The notes under the pieces are model-generated. The model ran no database searches and was not told where the DNA came from. It saw only the letters and a program-made list of their open reading frames with translations. Below, in pieces: positions 46,311 through 56,011 of a stretch of 64,000 nucleotides of DNA (positions are counted from its first letter, which is position 1; each line of letters opens with the position of its first letter). A program made the translations under genes and the position numbers. The stretch is from Verrucomicrobiota bacterium (lineage in GTDB: Bacteria; Verrucomicrobiota; Lentisphaeria; Lentisphaerales; Lentisphaeraceae), in assembly GCA_039798785.1 (NCBI GenBank), contig JBDKFG010000003.1, positions 1-64,000 on the forward strand. Reading direction: 5' to 3'.

Positions 46311-47402
46311 ATGTTCCAAGACTATTACCGCGGCAAAAGCGTTTTTCTGACCGGCCACACTGGATTCAAAGGAAGCTGGTTGTGTCAATGGCTGCTGCTG
46401 CAAGGAGCGACAGTTCATGGTTTCTCCTTGCCGCCGCCGACCCAGCCCAGTCTGTTTGATCTTCTGGAGCTCGGCACCCAACTCGCCAGTGATGTCCGTG
46501 GGGATGTCCAAAATCTCACAAGCTTGACTAGCGCACTGAAAGCCGCCCAGCCCGACATCGCCTTCCATCTCGCCGCCCAGCCGCTGGTCCGCGCATCTTA
46601 TCAGGATCCTGCCGGCACCTATGCCAGCAATGTCATGGGAACGGTCAACTTCCTCGAAGCCCTGCGTCTCTCCGGCCGCCCCTGCGCTGCCGTCGTGGTC
46701 ACCACCGACAAATGTTATGAAAACCGCGAATGGCTCCACCCCTATCGAGAGACCGACCCTCTGGGCGGCCACGACCCCTACTCCGCCTCAAAAGCCTGCG
46801 CCGAGATCGTCACGGCCTCTTACAGAAGCTCTTTTGCGGCAAGAACCAACTTGGCCATCGCCACGGCACGCGCCGGAAATGTCATCGGCGGCGGCGATTT
46901 CGCCGAGGACCGCATCCTTCCCGATCTCTATCGCGCCACCCAGACCGGCAAGCCCCTGGAGATCCGCTCCCCCCGTGCCACCCGCCCTTGGCAGCACGTC
47001 CTTGACCCCCTCTCGGGCTACCTCCTTCTGGGAAAAAAGCTCCACCAAAACCTCTCTCTTCCCGTGACGGATCCGCATCGCCGAAAACTGGAAAGCGCCT
47101 TCAATTTCGGCCCCGGAGTGCGCTCCAACCGCTCGGTCCACGACCTTCTTTGCGAAGTGCGCAAGACCTGGCCGATCGAATGGCGGGAGCCGGACCAGGC
47201 TCCGGAATGGCACGAAGCGCAGCTCCTGGATCTGTCAATCGAGAAGGCTCATCACCTCCTCGGCTGGTCGCCGCGCTGGGATTTCGCCGAAACCGTGCGG
47301 CGTACAGCCGCTGTGTATCTTGCGATGATGGAGCCAGAGGCTAATGTCGCCGACCTTCTCCGCCAGGATCTGGCAGAATTCACCGGAATACCACTCCCAT
47401 GA
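46311..47402 (+). CDS. rfbG: CDP-glucose 4,6-dehydratase
   Basis: TGHTGFKGSWL, AAQPLVR, TDKCYEN, RAGNVIGGGD, RPWQHVL. Confidence 0.95.
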   Translation: MFQDYYRGKSVFLTGHTGFKGSWLCQWLLLQGATVHGFSLPPPTQPSLFDLLELGTQLASDVRGDVQNLTSLTSALKAAQPDIAFHLAAQPLVRASYQDPAGTYASNVMGTVNFLEALRLSGRPCAAVVVTTDKCYENREWLHPYRETDPLGGHDPYSASKACAEIVTASYRSSFAARTNLAIATARAGNVIGGGDFAEDRILPDLYRATQTGKPLEIRSPRATRPWQHVLDPLSGYLLLGKKLHQNLSLPVTDPHRRKLESAFNFGPGVRSNRSVHDLLCEVRKTWPIEWREPDQAPEWHEAQLLDLSIEKAHHLLGWSPRWDFAETVRRTAAVYLAMMEPEANVADLLRQDLAEFTGIPLP

Positions 47403-48892
47403 GCACGCCATCCCGTTCCCCGGCCCAGATCCGCGAGGAAATTCTCCGTCTCACGGGAGAGTACGCCCGCTCGGTTCATGCGCGCAGCCTGCCCGCCGAG
47501 CATCCCAATCGCCCGGCGCGTCAAGAGGGGGAATCCCTACCCTATGCCGCCCGAGTCTTCGGCGCCGAAGAAGTCCAAGCCGCCGTCGGCTCTGCGCTTG
47601 ACTTCTGGCTCACTCTTGGCCCCGAAGGCGACAAGATGGAGCGTGATCTCGCCAAAGTTCTCGGCGTTCACAAATGCCTCCTGGTCAACAGCGGTTCCTC
47701 CGCCAATCTGATCGCGGTCAGCGCCTTGACCTCGCATCGTCTTCCCGCTCACAAACGGCTCCGTCCTGGCGACGAAGTGATCACCTGCGCCGCTGGTTTC
47801 CCCACCACCGTCGCCCCGATCCTGCAGAACGGCCTGGTGCCGGTCTTCATCGACAACGATCCGGTCACCGGCAATGCCCGGATGGATCAGCTTGAGCTAG
47901 CCTACTCCCCCGGCAAGACCAAAGCCGTGATTTTTGCCCATACCCTGGGCAACCCTTTCGATCTCGCGACCTGCCTAGCCTTCTGCCGCAAACATGACTT
48001 GTGGCTGATCGAGGACAACTGCGATGCCTTGGGATCGACCTATTCGATGCCCGAAACCCTGGCACTCGAACTCAGTCTCGATCTCGACAAAAATCTCACT
48101 CCCGGCAGCGGCCGTCTCACTCGGATGACCGGCGCCTGGGGCGATATCTCGACCCAGAGCTTCTATCCCCCCCACCATCTCACCATGGGGGAAGGAGGCA
48201 GCGTCAACATCGTCAATTCCGGCCTACTCAAATCGGTGGCGGAATCCCTCCGCGACTGGGGCCGTGACTGCTGGTGCCCCTCCGGCAAGGACAATACCTG
48301 CTGCAAACGCTTCGGCTGGCAACTTGGCGAACTGCCCAAAGGCTACGATCACAAATACATCTATTCGCACCTCGGCTACAATCTCAAGCCCACCGACATC
48401 CAAGCCGCCATCGGCAATGTCCAACTGTCCCGTCTGCCGGCTTTCACTGAGGCCCGCAAGAACAACTGGCAGGCACTCCGCGAAGCTCTCGAGCCTTTGG
48501 CTGAGCACATTAAATTCTCCTTGCCCACCCATGCCGACGCCTGGACGCCCTCAGGCTTCAGTTGGGACTCTAGCGCTTGCGAAGCCATCCCTTCCTGGTT
48601 CGGCTTCATGCTGCTGGTCAAGCCCAGCGCCCCCTTCACCCGCACCGATCTCGCACGCCGCCTCGACGAATACAAGATCGGCAACCGGATGCTCTTCGGC
48701 GGCAATCTGGTTCGCCAGCCTGCCTTTGTTCAGCTCCGCCACGACAACCCGCAAGCCTTCCGCACGCCCGTCGCCCTCCCCGGGGCTGACCAACTGATGA
48801 ACGAAGCGATTTTTATTGGGGTCTATCCCGGCATCGGACAAGATGAAACCCGACCTATTCTCAAGTGCATCCAGGCGTTCTGTCCACGATGA
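47399..48892 (+). CDS. rfbH: CDP-4-keto-6-deoxyglucose 3-dehydrase (E1, DdhC)
   Basis: NSGSSAN, EDNCDALG, FYPPHHLTMGEGG (His in place of the PLP Lys), RDCWC, YDHKY. Confidence 0.93.
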   Translation: MSTPSRSPAQIREEILRLTGEYARSVHARSLPAEHPNRPARQEGESLPYAARVFGAEEVQAAVGSALDFWLTLGPEGDKMERDLAKVLGVHKCLLVNSGSSANLIAVSALTSHRLPAHKRLRPGDEVITCAAGFPTTVAPILQNGLVPVFIDNDPVTGNARMDQLELAYSPGKTKAVIFAHTLGNPFDLATCLAFCRKHDLWLIEDNCDALGSTYSMPETLALELSLDLDKNLTPGSGRLTRMTGAWGDISTQSFYPPHHLTMGEGGSVNIVNSGLLKSVAESLRDWGRDCWCPSGKDNTCCKRFGWQLGELPKGYDHKYIYSHLGYNLKPTDIQAAIGNVQLSRLPAFTEARKNNWQALREALEPLAEHIKFSLPTHADAWTPSGFSWDSSACEAIPSWFGFMLLVKPSAPFTRTDLARRLDEYKIGNRMLFGGNLVRQPAFVQLRHDNPQAFRTPVALPGADQLMNEAIFIGVYPGIGQDETRPILKCIQAFCPR

Positions 48893-49749
48893 AGGTGCTC
48901 ATCACAGGCGCCAGTGGCTATCTCGGCAGACACTTGTCGCGCCGTCTTGTGATGGCAGGCCATCAAGTCTACGGACTCACCCGTGGCAAGCCGATGCCCC
49001 CCGGTGTCGTGCCCATGACAGCCTCCATACAGGATCCGGACGCCTTTGTCTCCGCCTTCCAGGCGGTGGCTCCCGAAGCCGTCTGTCATCTAGCTGCCGA
49101 GTCAATCGCGGAACCTAGCCCAGAACAGATCGCTCAACTTGTCGAAGCCAATGTCCACCTGCCGCTCCTACTCTTGCAAGCGATGCGTCACGCCAGCGTG
49201 AACCGGATTCTTCAAGCTGGCTCCTATTGGCAACTGGCGGACAACCGACTCGACCATCCAATCAATACCTATGCGCTTACCAAAAACATGGCGGCGCAGG
49301 CATTCGATCACTATGCTCATCGCCACCAGTTCGAAGTGATCACCCTGCATCTAGGCGACATCATCGGCCCTTCGGATCCCCGCCCCAAGCTTCTGCCAGC
49401 CCTGCTGCGCGCCTATCGTCAAGGAAGCATCCTGCCCATGAGCAGCGGAGAACAGCCAATGTATCCTCTCGGGGTCGCAGACGCGGCTGCCGCTTTCGAA
49501 CTGGCCTTGACCCTGTTTCGCCCCGGACACCAAAGATTTCGAGTGATGGGTGAAAAAATCAGCGTCCGGGAATTCGTCGCGGCGCTTGCCGATGCAAGGG
49601 AACAACCAGCGCCAGTAAACTTTGGTGCCTTGTCCAATGTCGGCAGCAGCATGAACGGCCCCTTCGATTGCGTCCCCCCCCTGCCTGGTGCACAGACCCA
49701 CAGCCTAAAGACGACCTTGCGGGAGATTCTTGCCGAGGAATCGCGATGA
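48889..49749 (+). CDS. NAD-dependent sugar reductase/epimerase (CDP-abequose/paratose synthase-like)
   Basis: TGASGYLG, YALTK, GPSDPRPKL; position after rfbH. Confidence 0.75.
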   Translation: MKVLITGASGYLGRHLSRRLVMAGHQVYGLTRGKPMPPGVVPMTASIQDPDAFVSAFQAVAPEAVCHLAAESIAEPSPEQIAQLVEANVHLPLLLLQAMRHASVNRILQAGSYWQLADNRLDHPINTYALTKNMAAQAFDHYAHRHQFEVITLHLGDIIGPSDPRPKLLPALLRAYRQGSILPMSSGEQPMYPLGVADAAAAFELALTLFRPGHQRFRVMGEKISVREFVAALADAREQPAPVNFGALSNVGSSMNGPFDCVPPLPGAQTHSLKTTLREILAEESR

Positions 49750-50711
49750 AAACATATCATTTCGGCGTCAGCAGCAGCGCCGCCTATGCTCCTTATGTCG
49801 TGGTGCTGCTCCGCTCCTTGGAGGCCTTCCTCTCTCCAGAAGAGGAAATCCAGCTCCATGTGATGACCTCGGTGCGAGACCAGGACCTGACTCGTGCTCG
49901 TCTTGAAAAACTCGACAATGTCAGCATCTATGTCATCCCCAGCGCGATCGAAGAGCTTCTCTCCTTTGATGCCTGCTTGATCAAACATGTCGACAGTCCG
50001 ACCTTCTACCGGCTTTTTCTCGTCGAAGAGGTGGCCAAACAAGTGTCAAGGCTTGAGCGTTTTGTTCATATTGATCTCGACATGCTCTGCGTCGGCCCTT
50101 GGCAGGAGCTCTTCACAATTGACCTGGAATCCCGCCTCTGCGCTGCGGTGGAGGACATAAGTATCAACGAATTATTTGCCTCGCAAGATCCGATTTTTGC
50201 CAACTACCGGCAGGACTTGGGCTTCGTAGATGGAGATCGATATTTTAATGCTGGCCTACTGGTCATTGATGTCCCGATCTGGCGAAAAGAAGGGATAACG
50301 GCGACTGCGACCGAGTTTCTTCGCCAACATCCTGGAAAGTTGCGCTATGCTGAGCAGACGGTTTTAAACAGCTGTCTCCGCGGACGATGGAAACCCTTAC
50401 CTTACGGATACAATCACCAAGTGGCCAATCGCCCGGACTACCGCGGCGAGGTGATCATCGCCCACTATGTCGGCAGTAAAAAGCCTTGGTCTTGTGGCCC
50501 GATGAACCCCAAGGCCTGGCATGATCGACGCAATCTCCCCCTCTTGGACCATCCGCTTTATCAAGCTTATTGGCGGGCTCAGGAGATTTTAAATGGCATG
50601 ATGTATCACCACCCACCGTTCGTAAGATCACGATTAGCCCGATTGGCCAAGATCCTCGGCGAAATTATTCTCCGGCGCAAATACGATATTAACTGCTACC
50701 GGGAGCCTTGA
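49746..50711 (+). CDS. GT8 glycosyltransferase
   Basis: TFYRL, IDLD, YFNAGLLVID, EQTVLN, HYVGSKKPW. Confidence 0.9.
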   Translation: MKTYHFGVSSSAAYAPYVVVLLRSLEAFLSPEEEIQLHVMTSVRDQDLTRARLEKLDNVSIYVIPSAIEELLSFDACLIKHVDSPTFYRLFLVEEVAKQVSRLERFVHIDLDMLCVGPWQELFTIDLESRLCAAVEDISINELFASQDPIFANYRQDLGFVDGDRYFNAGLLVIDVPIWRKEGITATATEFLRQHPGKLRYAEQTVLNSCLRGRWKPLPYGYNHQVANRPDYRGEVIIAHYVGSKKPWSCGPMNPKAWHDRRNLPLLDHPLYQAYWRAQEILNGMMYHHPPFVRSRLARLAKILGEIILRRKYDINCYREP

Positions 50712-52002
50712 GACCAAGAATCCGGGCGACTTTGGCGGCGTCGAAGGGGGCAATGTAGTGGGGCCATAATTCATTTTTTACGTGATTTTCAGCAGCAATA
50801 TTCTCGCGCAATTTTTTCGATGTATGAGCTACGGGGCAATTTGCTTCAGTGCCATTGAAAGGCGGGAACAAGGGTGCAGAGTCATAGCCAACACCATTTA
50901 CAAGTGGTTCATATGCATAATAAGGGCACCCCATGGCCATGGAATCAAAAAGTACAGTGCTTGTTGGGCCAATAACATAAGCTGCTTTTCCTAGAGATTC
51001 ATTTAACGGCAAATTGTCCCATTCAAAAAAATCAGTTCCAAGATGTCGACGGTACCATTCCAGAGACTCTGAAGGATGGGGGCGCGCACGGCACCTAGAG
51101 ACACCTAGCAAAAGTAAAACCTCCCTAACTTCATCCAAATACATTAAACTAAAGGCTCGATCACCAGTTCTAACCCCTGGAGAATCTGGCACCCCCGCCA
51201 TGGCTTTACATAGGACCAAAGGCATTGCGCCATTATCATGAGTTACTTGAATGCCTGCTGCTTGTTTGTAACGAGCACTTCCGACAACATAAATTTTATC
51301 TCCCGGCACACCTGCTGATGTGTAGTTTTCTTTTATCTTATCACCCCAGACAAGTAAAATATCGGCAAGATTGTCATCAATATGGTTGTAGCGACCAGGG
51401 AAGCCATGGATAAACACGGCGGAACAAATACCGGCACGGCGAGCAGCTGTCACCAATGTAGACTCAAAAAACGTAGTGTCATTTGGAACGACTACCACTT
51501 GAACTTGATGTTCGATTAAAAGACATTTCAGTCGATCAACAAATTGATCAACTCTGGACATAAATTCAAATTGAATGAGATCATTAAAATCAAGATCTAC
51601 TACTGCAAATCGAAGCCATCGCATTTCAGACACAAGTTCTCTATCCCACAAAAAAGGTCCTTGATCTGAGATATCCCAAGGCGGCCGACAAACATTCCAC
51701 CCCAGCAATGAAATTTCTTGATTAAAATTAAAGTAGGCCGAGGAAACCACATCTATACGGGATTTTTTTTTGCATGTAGTTCCATTAAGTGATCGCCTAA
51801 TATCTCCCAAAAAATGACGCGCCTTCTTTAAATTTCGAGACATCATTGAATCTCTAACAATTTGACGTGAAAAGTGATCCCCAAAATAATAAAGACGCCT
51901 ATCCATTTCATCTCGAATACAACGCATAATTTCTGGGGGTGTCTGGGACTGCCTTAGCTTCCTAAGGGTAAATGAATCAAGTCCTTCAAATGGGTCTTTC
52001 AT
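50689..52002 (-). CDS. AT-rich hypothetical protein, candidate nonulosonate transferase
   Basis: Last gene of the pse operon; IHG, LVWG, VGS, RPHP and STVLFD pattern resembles GT-B capsule/sialyltransferase-like proteins. Confidence 0.5.
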   Translation of the reverse strand: MKDPFEGLDSFTLRKLRQSQTPPEIMRCIRDEMDRRLYYFGDHFSRQIVRDSMMSRNLKKARHFLGDIRRSLNGTTCKKKSRIDVVSSAYFNFNQEISLLGWNVCRPPWDISDQGPFLWDRELVSEMRWLRFAVVDLDFNDLIQFEFMSRVDQFVDRLKCLLIEHQVQVVVVPNDTTFFESTLVTAARRAGICSAVFIHGFPGRYNHIDDNLADILLVWGDKIKENYTSAGVPGDKIYVVGSARYKQAAGIQVTHDNGAMPLVLCKAMAGVPDSPGVRTGDRAFSLMYLDEVREVLLLLGVSRCRARPHPSESLEWYRRHLGTDFFEWDNLPLNESLGKAAYVIGPTSTVLFDSMAMGCPYYAYEPLVNGVGYDSAPLFPPFNGTEANCPVAHTSKKLRENIAAENHVKNELWPHYIAPFDAAKVARILGLKAPGSS

Positions 52003-52095
52003 TAAATGACAGCCTTCAATCAGTTTAAATGCGAAAAGATTTTCCTAACAATTCTTGAGACCAATTTTTGGCCATAATGTGCACGTGACCTAAGC

Positions 52096-53157
52096 TTATC
52101 TGTCATCAAGCTGCTCCCAATTGAGAGCCGTGCCTGAGGCGAGATTGCGGTTGACAGCTTTCCCAAGAATCGCATCGTAGTATTTCGGTGGCAGGCCGAA
52201 CCCGGGTCGAATGGATCGAACATTCTCAGTAGTGATTAGGTCTCCAGCTTTGATGTCCTTGATCACATACAATGATCGACGGAACTTAATATTAGCAGCC
52301 TCCGAGCCCTTGAGGTGGTAGGAAGCGCTGCCGAGGGCAGACCAGGCCGTCTTGGCGTCGCGGCAGAGGGCGGCCAGCTCGGCAGGTTCGAGAGAGAAGG
52401 AGTCGTCGGGACCGCCACCCTTGCGGTCCAAGGTGACGTGTTTTTCGATGACGCAGGCGCCGAGGGCGACGGCGGCGAGAGAGGTAGCGTTGTCGATGGT
52501 GTGGTCGGAGAGGCCGGCAAGCACCCCGAAGCGGCAGGCGATGTCGGGAATAGTGCGCAGGTTGTAGTCGGCGGCGGGGGCGGGGTAGCCGCTGACGCAG
52601 TGAAGGACGACGAGTTCCTGGCATCCGTTCTGGCGGGCGCAAGCGACCGCCTCGGCGATTTCGCGTTCATTGGCGAGACCGGTGGAGATGATCATAGGCT
52701 TGCCAGTCTGAGCAACGCGACGGATCAGCGGCAGGTCGATAAGCTCGAATGAGGCGATCTTGTAGGCCGGTGCGCCGAGTGATTCAAGGAGATCAACGGC
52801 GGTAAAATCGAAGGGGGTGGAGAAGATGGTGATGCCCAACTCCTTGGCTCGGGCGAAGAGTGGCTCATGCCACTCCCAGGGCATGTAGGCCTTGGAGTAG
52901 AGCTGGTGCAGCGTCTGGCCGTCCCAGAGTCCGCCGGTATCGATCTGGAAATCAGGACCGTCAGCATCGATGGTCATGGTGTCTGCAGAATAGGTCTGCA
53001 ATTTAATCGCATCGGCCCCTGCCTTCTGAGCCATCTCAAGGATGGCAAGGGCGCGATCAAGAGATCCGTTGTGGTTGGCGGAAATTTCGGCGATGATGTA
53101 GGGAGGGTGCTGCGGACTGATGGTGCGGCCAGAAATCGAGATGGCGTGAAGGCTCAT
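52096..53157 (-). CDS. pseI: Pseudaminic acid synthase
   Basis: AEISANHNGS, KLQTY, WEWH, KIASFE, GLSDHT, EKH, FRRSLY, SIRPGFG. Confidence 0.93.
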   Translation of the reverse strand: MSLHAISISGRTISPQHPPYIIAEISANHNGSLDRALAILEMAQKAGADAIKLQTYSADTMTIDADGPDFQIDTGGLWDGQTLHQLYSKAYMPWEWHEPLFARAKELGITIFSTPFDFTAVDLLESLGAPAYKIASFELIDLPLIRRVAQTGKPMIISTGLANEREIAEAVACARQNGCQELVVLHCVSGYPAPAADYNLRTIPDIACRFGVLAGLSDHTIDNATSLAAVALGACVIEKHVTLDRKGGGPDDSFSLEPAELAALCRDAKTAWSALGSASYHLKGSEAANIKFRRSLYVIKDIKAGDLITTENVRSIRPGFGLPPKYYDAILGKAVNRNLASGTALNWEQLDDR

Positions 53158-53174
53158 AGAAGCTTGTCCTTAGG

Positions 53175-53843
53175 TTATGAAATCGCCCGGATTAATTGAA
53201 AGGCTTCGGCGTAGTGTATGCCATGTTGATGGCCTCGCCAGGTGGCAAGGGCATGCACGGCTTCATGGGAGCGAGCGTGGGGCGACGGTCGCATTTCGGC
53301 ATGGTAGGCGCGCAGCGCTTGCTGCTTACGGTCCAAGGTGGAGCTGATGTCAACGACAAAATTGGGAACGAACGAGGGAAGTATGTCTGCGGCCCAGTGG
53401 GAAGCGGAGGGGACCTCAAAACTCAGGATTTGCTTCACCGACATTCCGGGGAGCGGCCGGCATGCGGTAAGAACCGCTTGGAGGGTGAGCCGATGGTCAA
53501 TATTGAGATCGCCCGCGTGGTGCGTAAAAACCGTATCGAAGGAGCGTTCAAGCAGAAAAGCTTCCACCGACTGCGCCAGAGTAAGCAGCGGGATCGAATC
53601 TAGCTGGTTGTCGGGGTAGTCGAGGAAAGTGGGCTCGCCGGCCCCCAGGATGACAGCGGCTTCCCGGGCAGTCTTCCCTCGGTGCGGCGACACGGAGGAG
53701 CGAGATGTTTCTCCGTCTGCCAGGAACAGGATCGAGATCTGGGCGCCAATGTCGGCAAGGCGGGCGATTGTGCCACCGCAGCCCAGCGCTTCATCATCAG
53801 GATGAGCGGCGATGATAGCGACTGTCTTCATTTCGTTAATCAT
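53175..53843 (-). CDS. PIG-L family N-deacetylase
   Basis: AHPDDEALGCGG, DLNIDH, EAF. Confidence 0.9.
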   Translation of the reverse strand: MINEMKTVAIIAAHPDDEALGCGGTIARLADIGAQISILFLADGETSRSSVSPHRGKTAREAAVILGAGEPTFLDYPDNQLDSIPLLTLAQSVEAFLLERSFDTVFTHHAGDLNIDHRLTLQAVLTACRPLPGMSVKQILSFEVPSASHWAADILPSFVPNFVVDISSTLDRKQQALRAYHAEMRPSPHARSHEAVHALATWRGHQHGIHYAEAFQLIRAIS

Positions 53844-54534
53844 GGGAAGTCCCTCCCGGCTTGTTGGCAGGTATGAATCTGACTGTGGCAGTCAAATCGC
53901 CTTTGTCGTAGCAGGCTTTGGAGAATTCCAAGCGCCAGCCCCCAAACTCCAGGAAGGCTTTCGGATAAGAGGGGGCATCCATCATGCGGATGCGATCGTG
54001 AAGTTCTTCGGCAGTGCCGGACTCAGGCAGTCGGCTGTCTTCGGGGCGGCGGCGGGGGAAGGCCGTGATTTCCCCCTCTTGCGCCTGTGGCAACGGCTCG
54101 CGACGGACGATCTCGCCGATCTGGAGCCAGACGAGCTCGGCGGCGCGCCGGAAGATCTCTTCGGCAGAGCCCTCCAGACTCAGATCGCTCTTCAGGTAAA
54201 CCGGCCCGGCGTCGAGGGCGGCGACCATGCGCAGGGCCGAGAGCCTGGTGTCGCGGTGACCTCGGATAATGAGATTCTGAAGAGGGCTGCCGCCTCGTCC
54301 ATAGGGGACATCGGTCATGTGGAAGCAGACGCATTCGGCAAGCGCAAGTATGGCGTCGGGAACCTTCCAGGACCAGTGGGGGAAAAAGAGATAGCGCGGG
54401 CGGGTCTTCTCGAGGAGTTCAGGCGTCAAGTCTTCCGGCCGGGTGATCAGCGTCCACGACCCAGGCAACTGCGGAGAGTGTCTCTTGAACGCCTCAACGT
54501 TCCACTCATGAATGCAGGCGACGATGTAGTTCAT
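53836..54534 (-). CDS. Fmt-like sugar N-formyltransferase
   Basis: FFPHWSW, CFHMTDVPYGRGGSPLQNLI, LDAGPVY. Confidence 0.85.
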   Translation of the reverse strand: MNYIVACIHEWNVEAFKRHSPQLPGSWTLITRPEDLTPELLEKTRPRYLFFPHWSWKVPDAILALAECVCFHMTDVPYGRGGSPLQNLIIRGHRDTRLSALRMVAALDAGPVYLKSDLSLEGSAEEIFRRAAELVWLQIGEIVRREPLPQAQEGEITAFPRRRPEDSRLPESGTAEELHDRIRMMDAPSYPKAFLEFGGWRLEFSKACYDKGDLTATVRFIPANKPGGTSHD

Positions 54535-56009
54535 GGAATCTGTTCTCCGCCGAGAATGTAGCTGCGGGTTTTCTCGTTGTCAGTTTCCAGGCGGAAGCCG
54601 CAGGCTTCGAAAAGTCGACGGGAGCTCTGGTTCTCATGAAGAACCTGGGCTTCGACGCGAGTGACGACAGCGGCGCGGCGCAGTCTGCTCAGACCGGCCA
54701 GCAGAAGAGGCTGGCCGAGCCCGCGGCCACGGGCGCCGGGAGCGAGGTGGATGTCGGTACACCAGACGCCTTCGCCGAGGCGGTTGAAGCGGATCTGGCC
54801 GAGCTCCCCGCCCTCGAGGTCCGCGGCGATCCAAAGGAAGGAGCTGTCGCCCTGACGGGAAAGCTCGCGGGCGAACCAGGACTGGTGGGATTCCCAGGGT
54901 ATGGGTTCGGGGCTGAAAGACATCTGGCGGATCAGCGGATCGTTGGCCCAACGCCACAGCGTTTCACAGTCGCCGGCCTCGGCGGGACGCAGCCAAAGCG
55001 GGCGCTCGAGCATCCTGGAGGCCAAACGAGAGGCGCCCCAGCCGTCCACTGCCGTCGACGAGGCACTGGAGATGCGGGGGAGCTCGGTACTGTCCGCCAG
55101 CAAGGGATAGAGCAAGGCCGGGAGCTTGAGCTTCAGTTCGTCGCGCTCCAGCACCCAGGCCAGTCCGGCGCTTGCGAGGTTGGCAGCGACGAGCTTCTGG
55201 TTCGATGCGAAGGGAACGAGGACGGAGGGGACTCCGAGGCAGCATCGCTCCCAGGAACTTGAGCCGGGGGCGCCGATGGCGAAGTCGGCCCAGCAGAGAT
55301 GGCTGGCGACCTCATCGACGAAGTCGAAGACTTGCAGGGGGTAGGAGAGCGGCATGTCCTGCGGAAGCCGGCTGGCACCCAGCACGGCGCGCACTTCTAT
55401 GCCGGGAAGCCCGTCCATGGCGAGGAGTGCGTCGAGAAGGAGCTCGGAGCAGTCGCCGCCGCCGAAATTGACGAAGACGCGGCGCAGAGGATGGGGACTG
55501 CGGCGCCTGGGCAAGCTGGAAGGGCGCGCGGCAGCGAATTCAGGGCGCAGCAGAGCCTCGCGGGCGCCGCAAATACTCAGGCAGCCTGGAGGCAGAAAGG
55601 GCGCGTAGGCGGCAGGATCGCGGCCAAGAGTTTGATCGAAAAGGATATCGCAATCATGTTGGCGATCTGCCAAGTCGTCGATGGCGAGGATGCGCCGGGT
55701 GGAGGGACGCATGGATGATTCCCAGGCGGAACCGAGTTCATAATGGTCGACCACCAGCCAGTCGCAGCGCTGCTTCCCCAGGACGCTGCGGCAGGCAGCG
55801 GCCTCAGCTGATTCGTTCGCAGCTTCCGGCAAATTGACGAGGAGGTGGCCCTGCCTCTGAACCCGTGCGGCGAGGTGATCGGGGATGTCGCGGCAGAAGA
55901 AGAGGCACTTCGCGCCCTCGGCGGCCAAGACGTCGGCGAGCGTCAGGCAGCGCATCAAATGCCCGGCGCCGACGCGCCGACCGGCGTCGCAACGGAAGGC
56001 GACGCGCAT
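54531..56009 (-). CDS. pseG: PseG hydrolase fused to a PseH-like GNAT N-acetyltransferase
   Basis: FRCDA...GAGHLMRCLTLA, VVDHY, IDDLADR, ERCCLGVP; C-terminal WANDP...GRGLG...N..S..LF..GF. Confidence 0.88.
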   Translation of the reverse strand: MRVAFRCDAGRRVGAGHLMRCLTLADVLAAEGAKCLFFCRDIPDHLAARVQRQGHLLVNLPEAANESAEAAACRSVLGKQRCDWLVVDHYELGSAWESSMRPSTRRILAIDDLADRQHDCDILFDQTLGRDPAAYAPFLPPGCLSICGAREALLRPEFAAARPSSLPRRRSPHPLRRVFVNFGGGDCSELLLDALLAMDGLPGIEVRAVLGASRLPQDMPLSYPLQVFDFVDEVASHLCWADFAIGAPGSSSWERCCLGVPSVLVPFASNQKLVAANLASAGLAWVLERDELKLKLPALLYPLLADSTELPRISSASSTAVDGWGASRLASRMLERPLWLRPAEAGDCETLWRWANDPLIRQMSFSPEPIPWESHQSWFARELSRQGDSSFLWIAADLEGGELGQIRFNRLGEGVWCTDIHLAPGARGRGLGQPLLLAGLSRLRRAAVVTRVEAQVLHENQSSRRLFEACGFRLETDNEKTRSYILGGEQIP

Positions 56010-56011
56010 GG

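Noticed and set aside
42670..56009. Invertible segment between the inverted pseG paralogs
   Set aside because: The copies are clearly diverged at DNA level, no long identical tract was seen, and no recombinase is in the window
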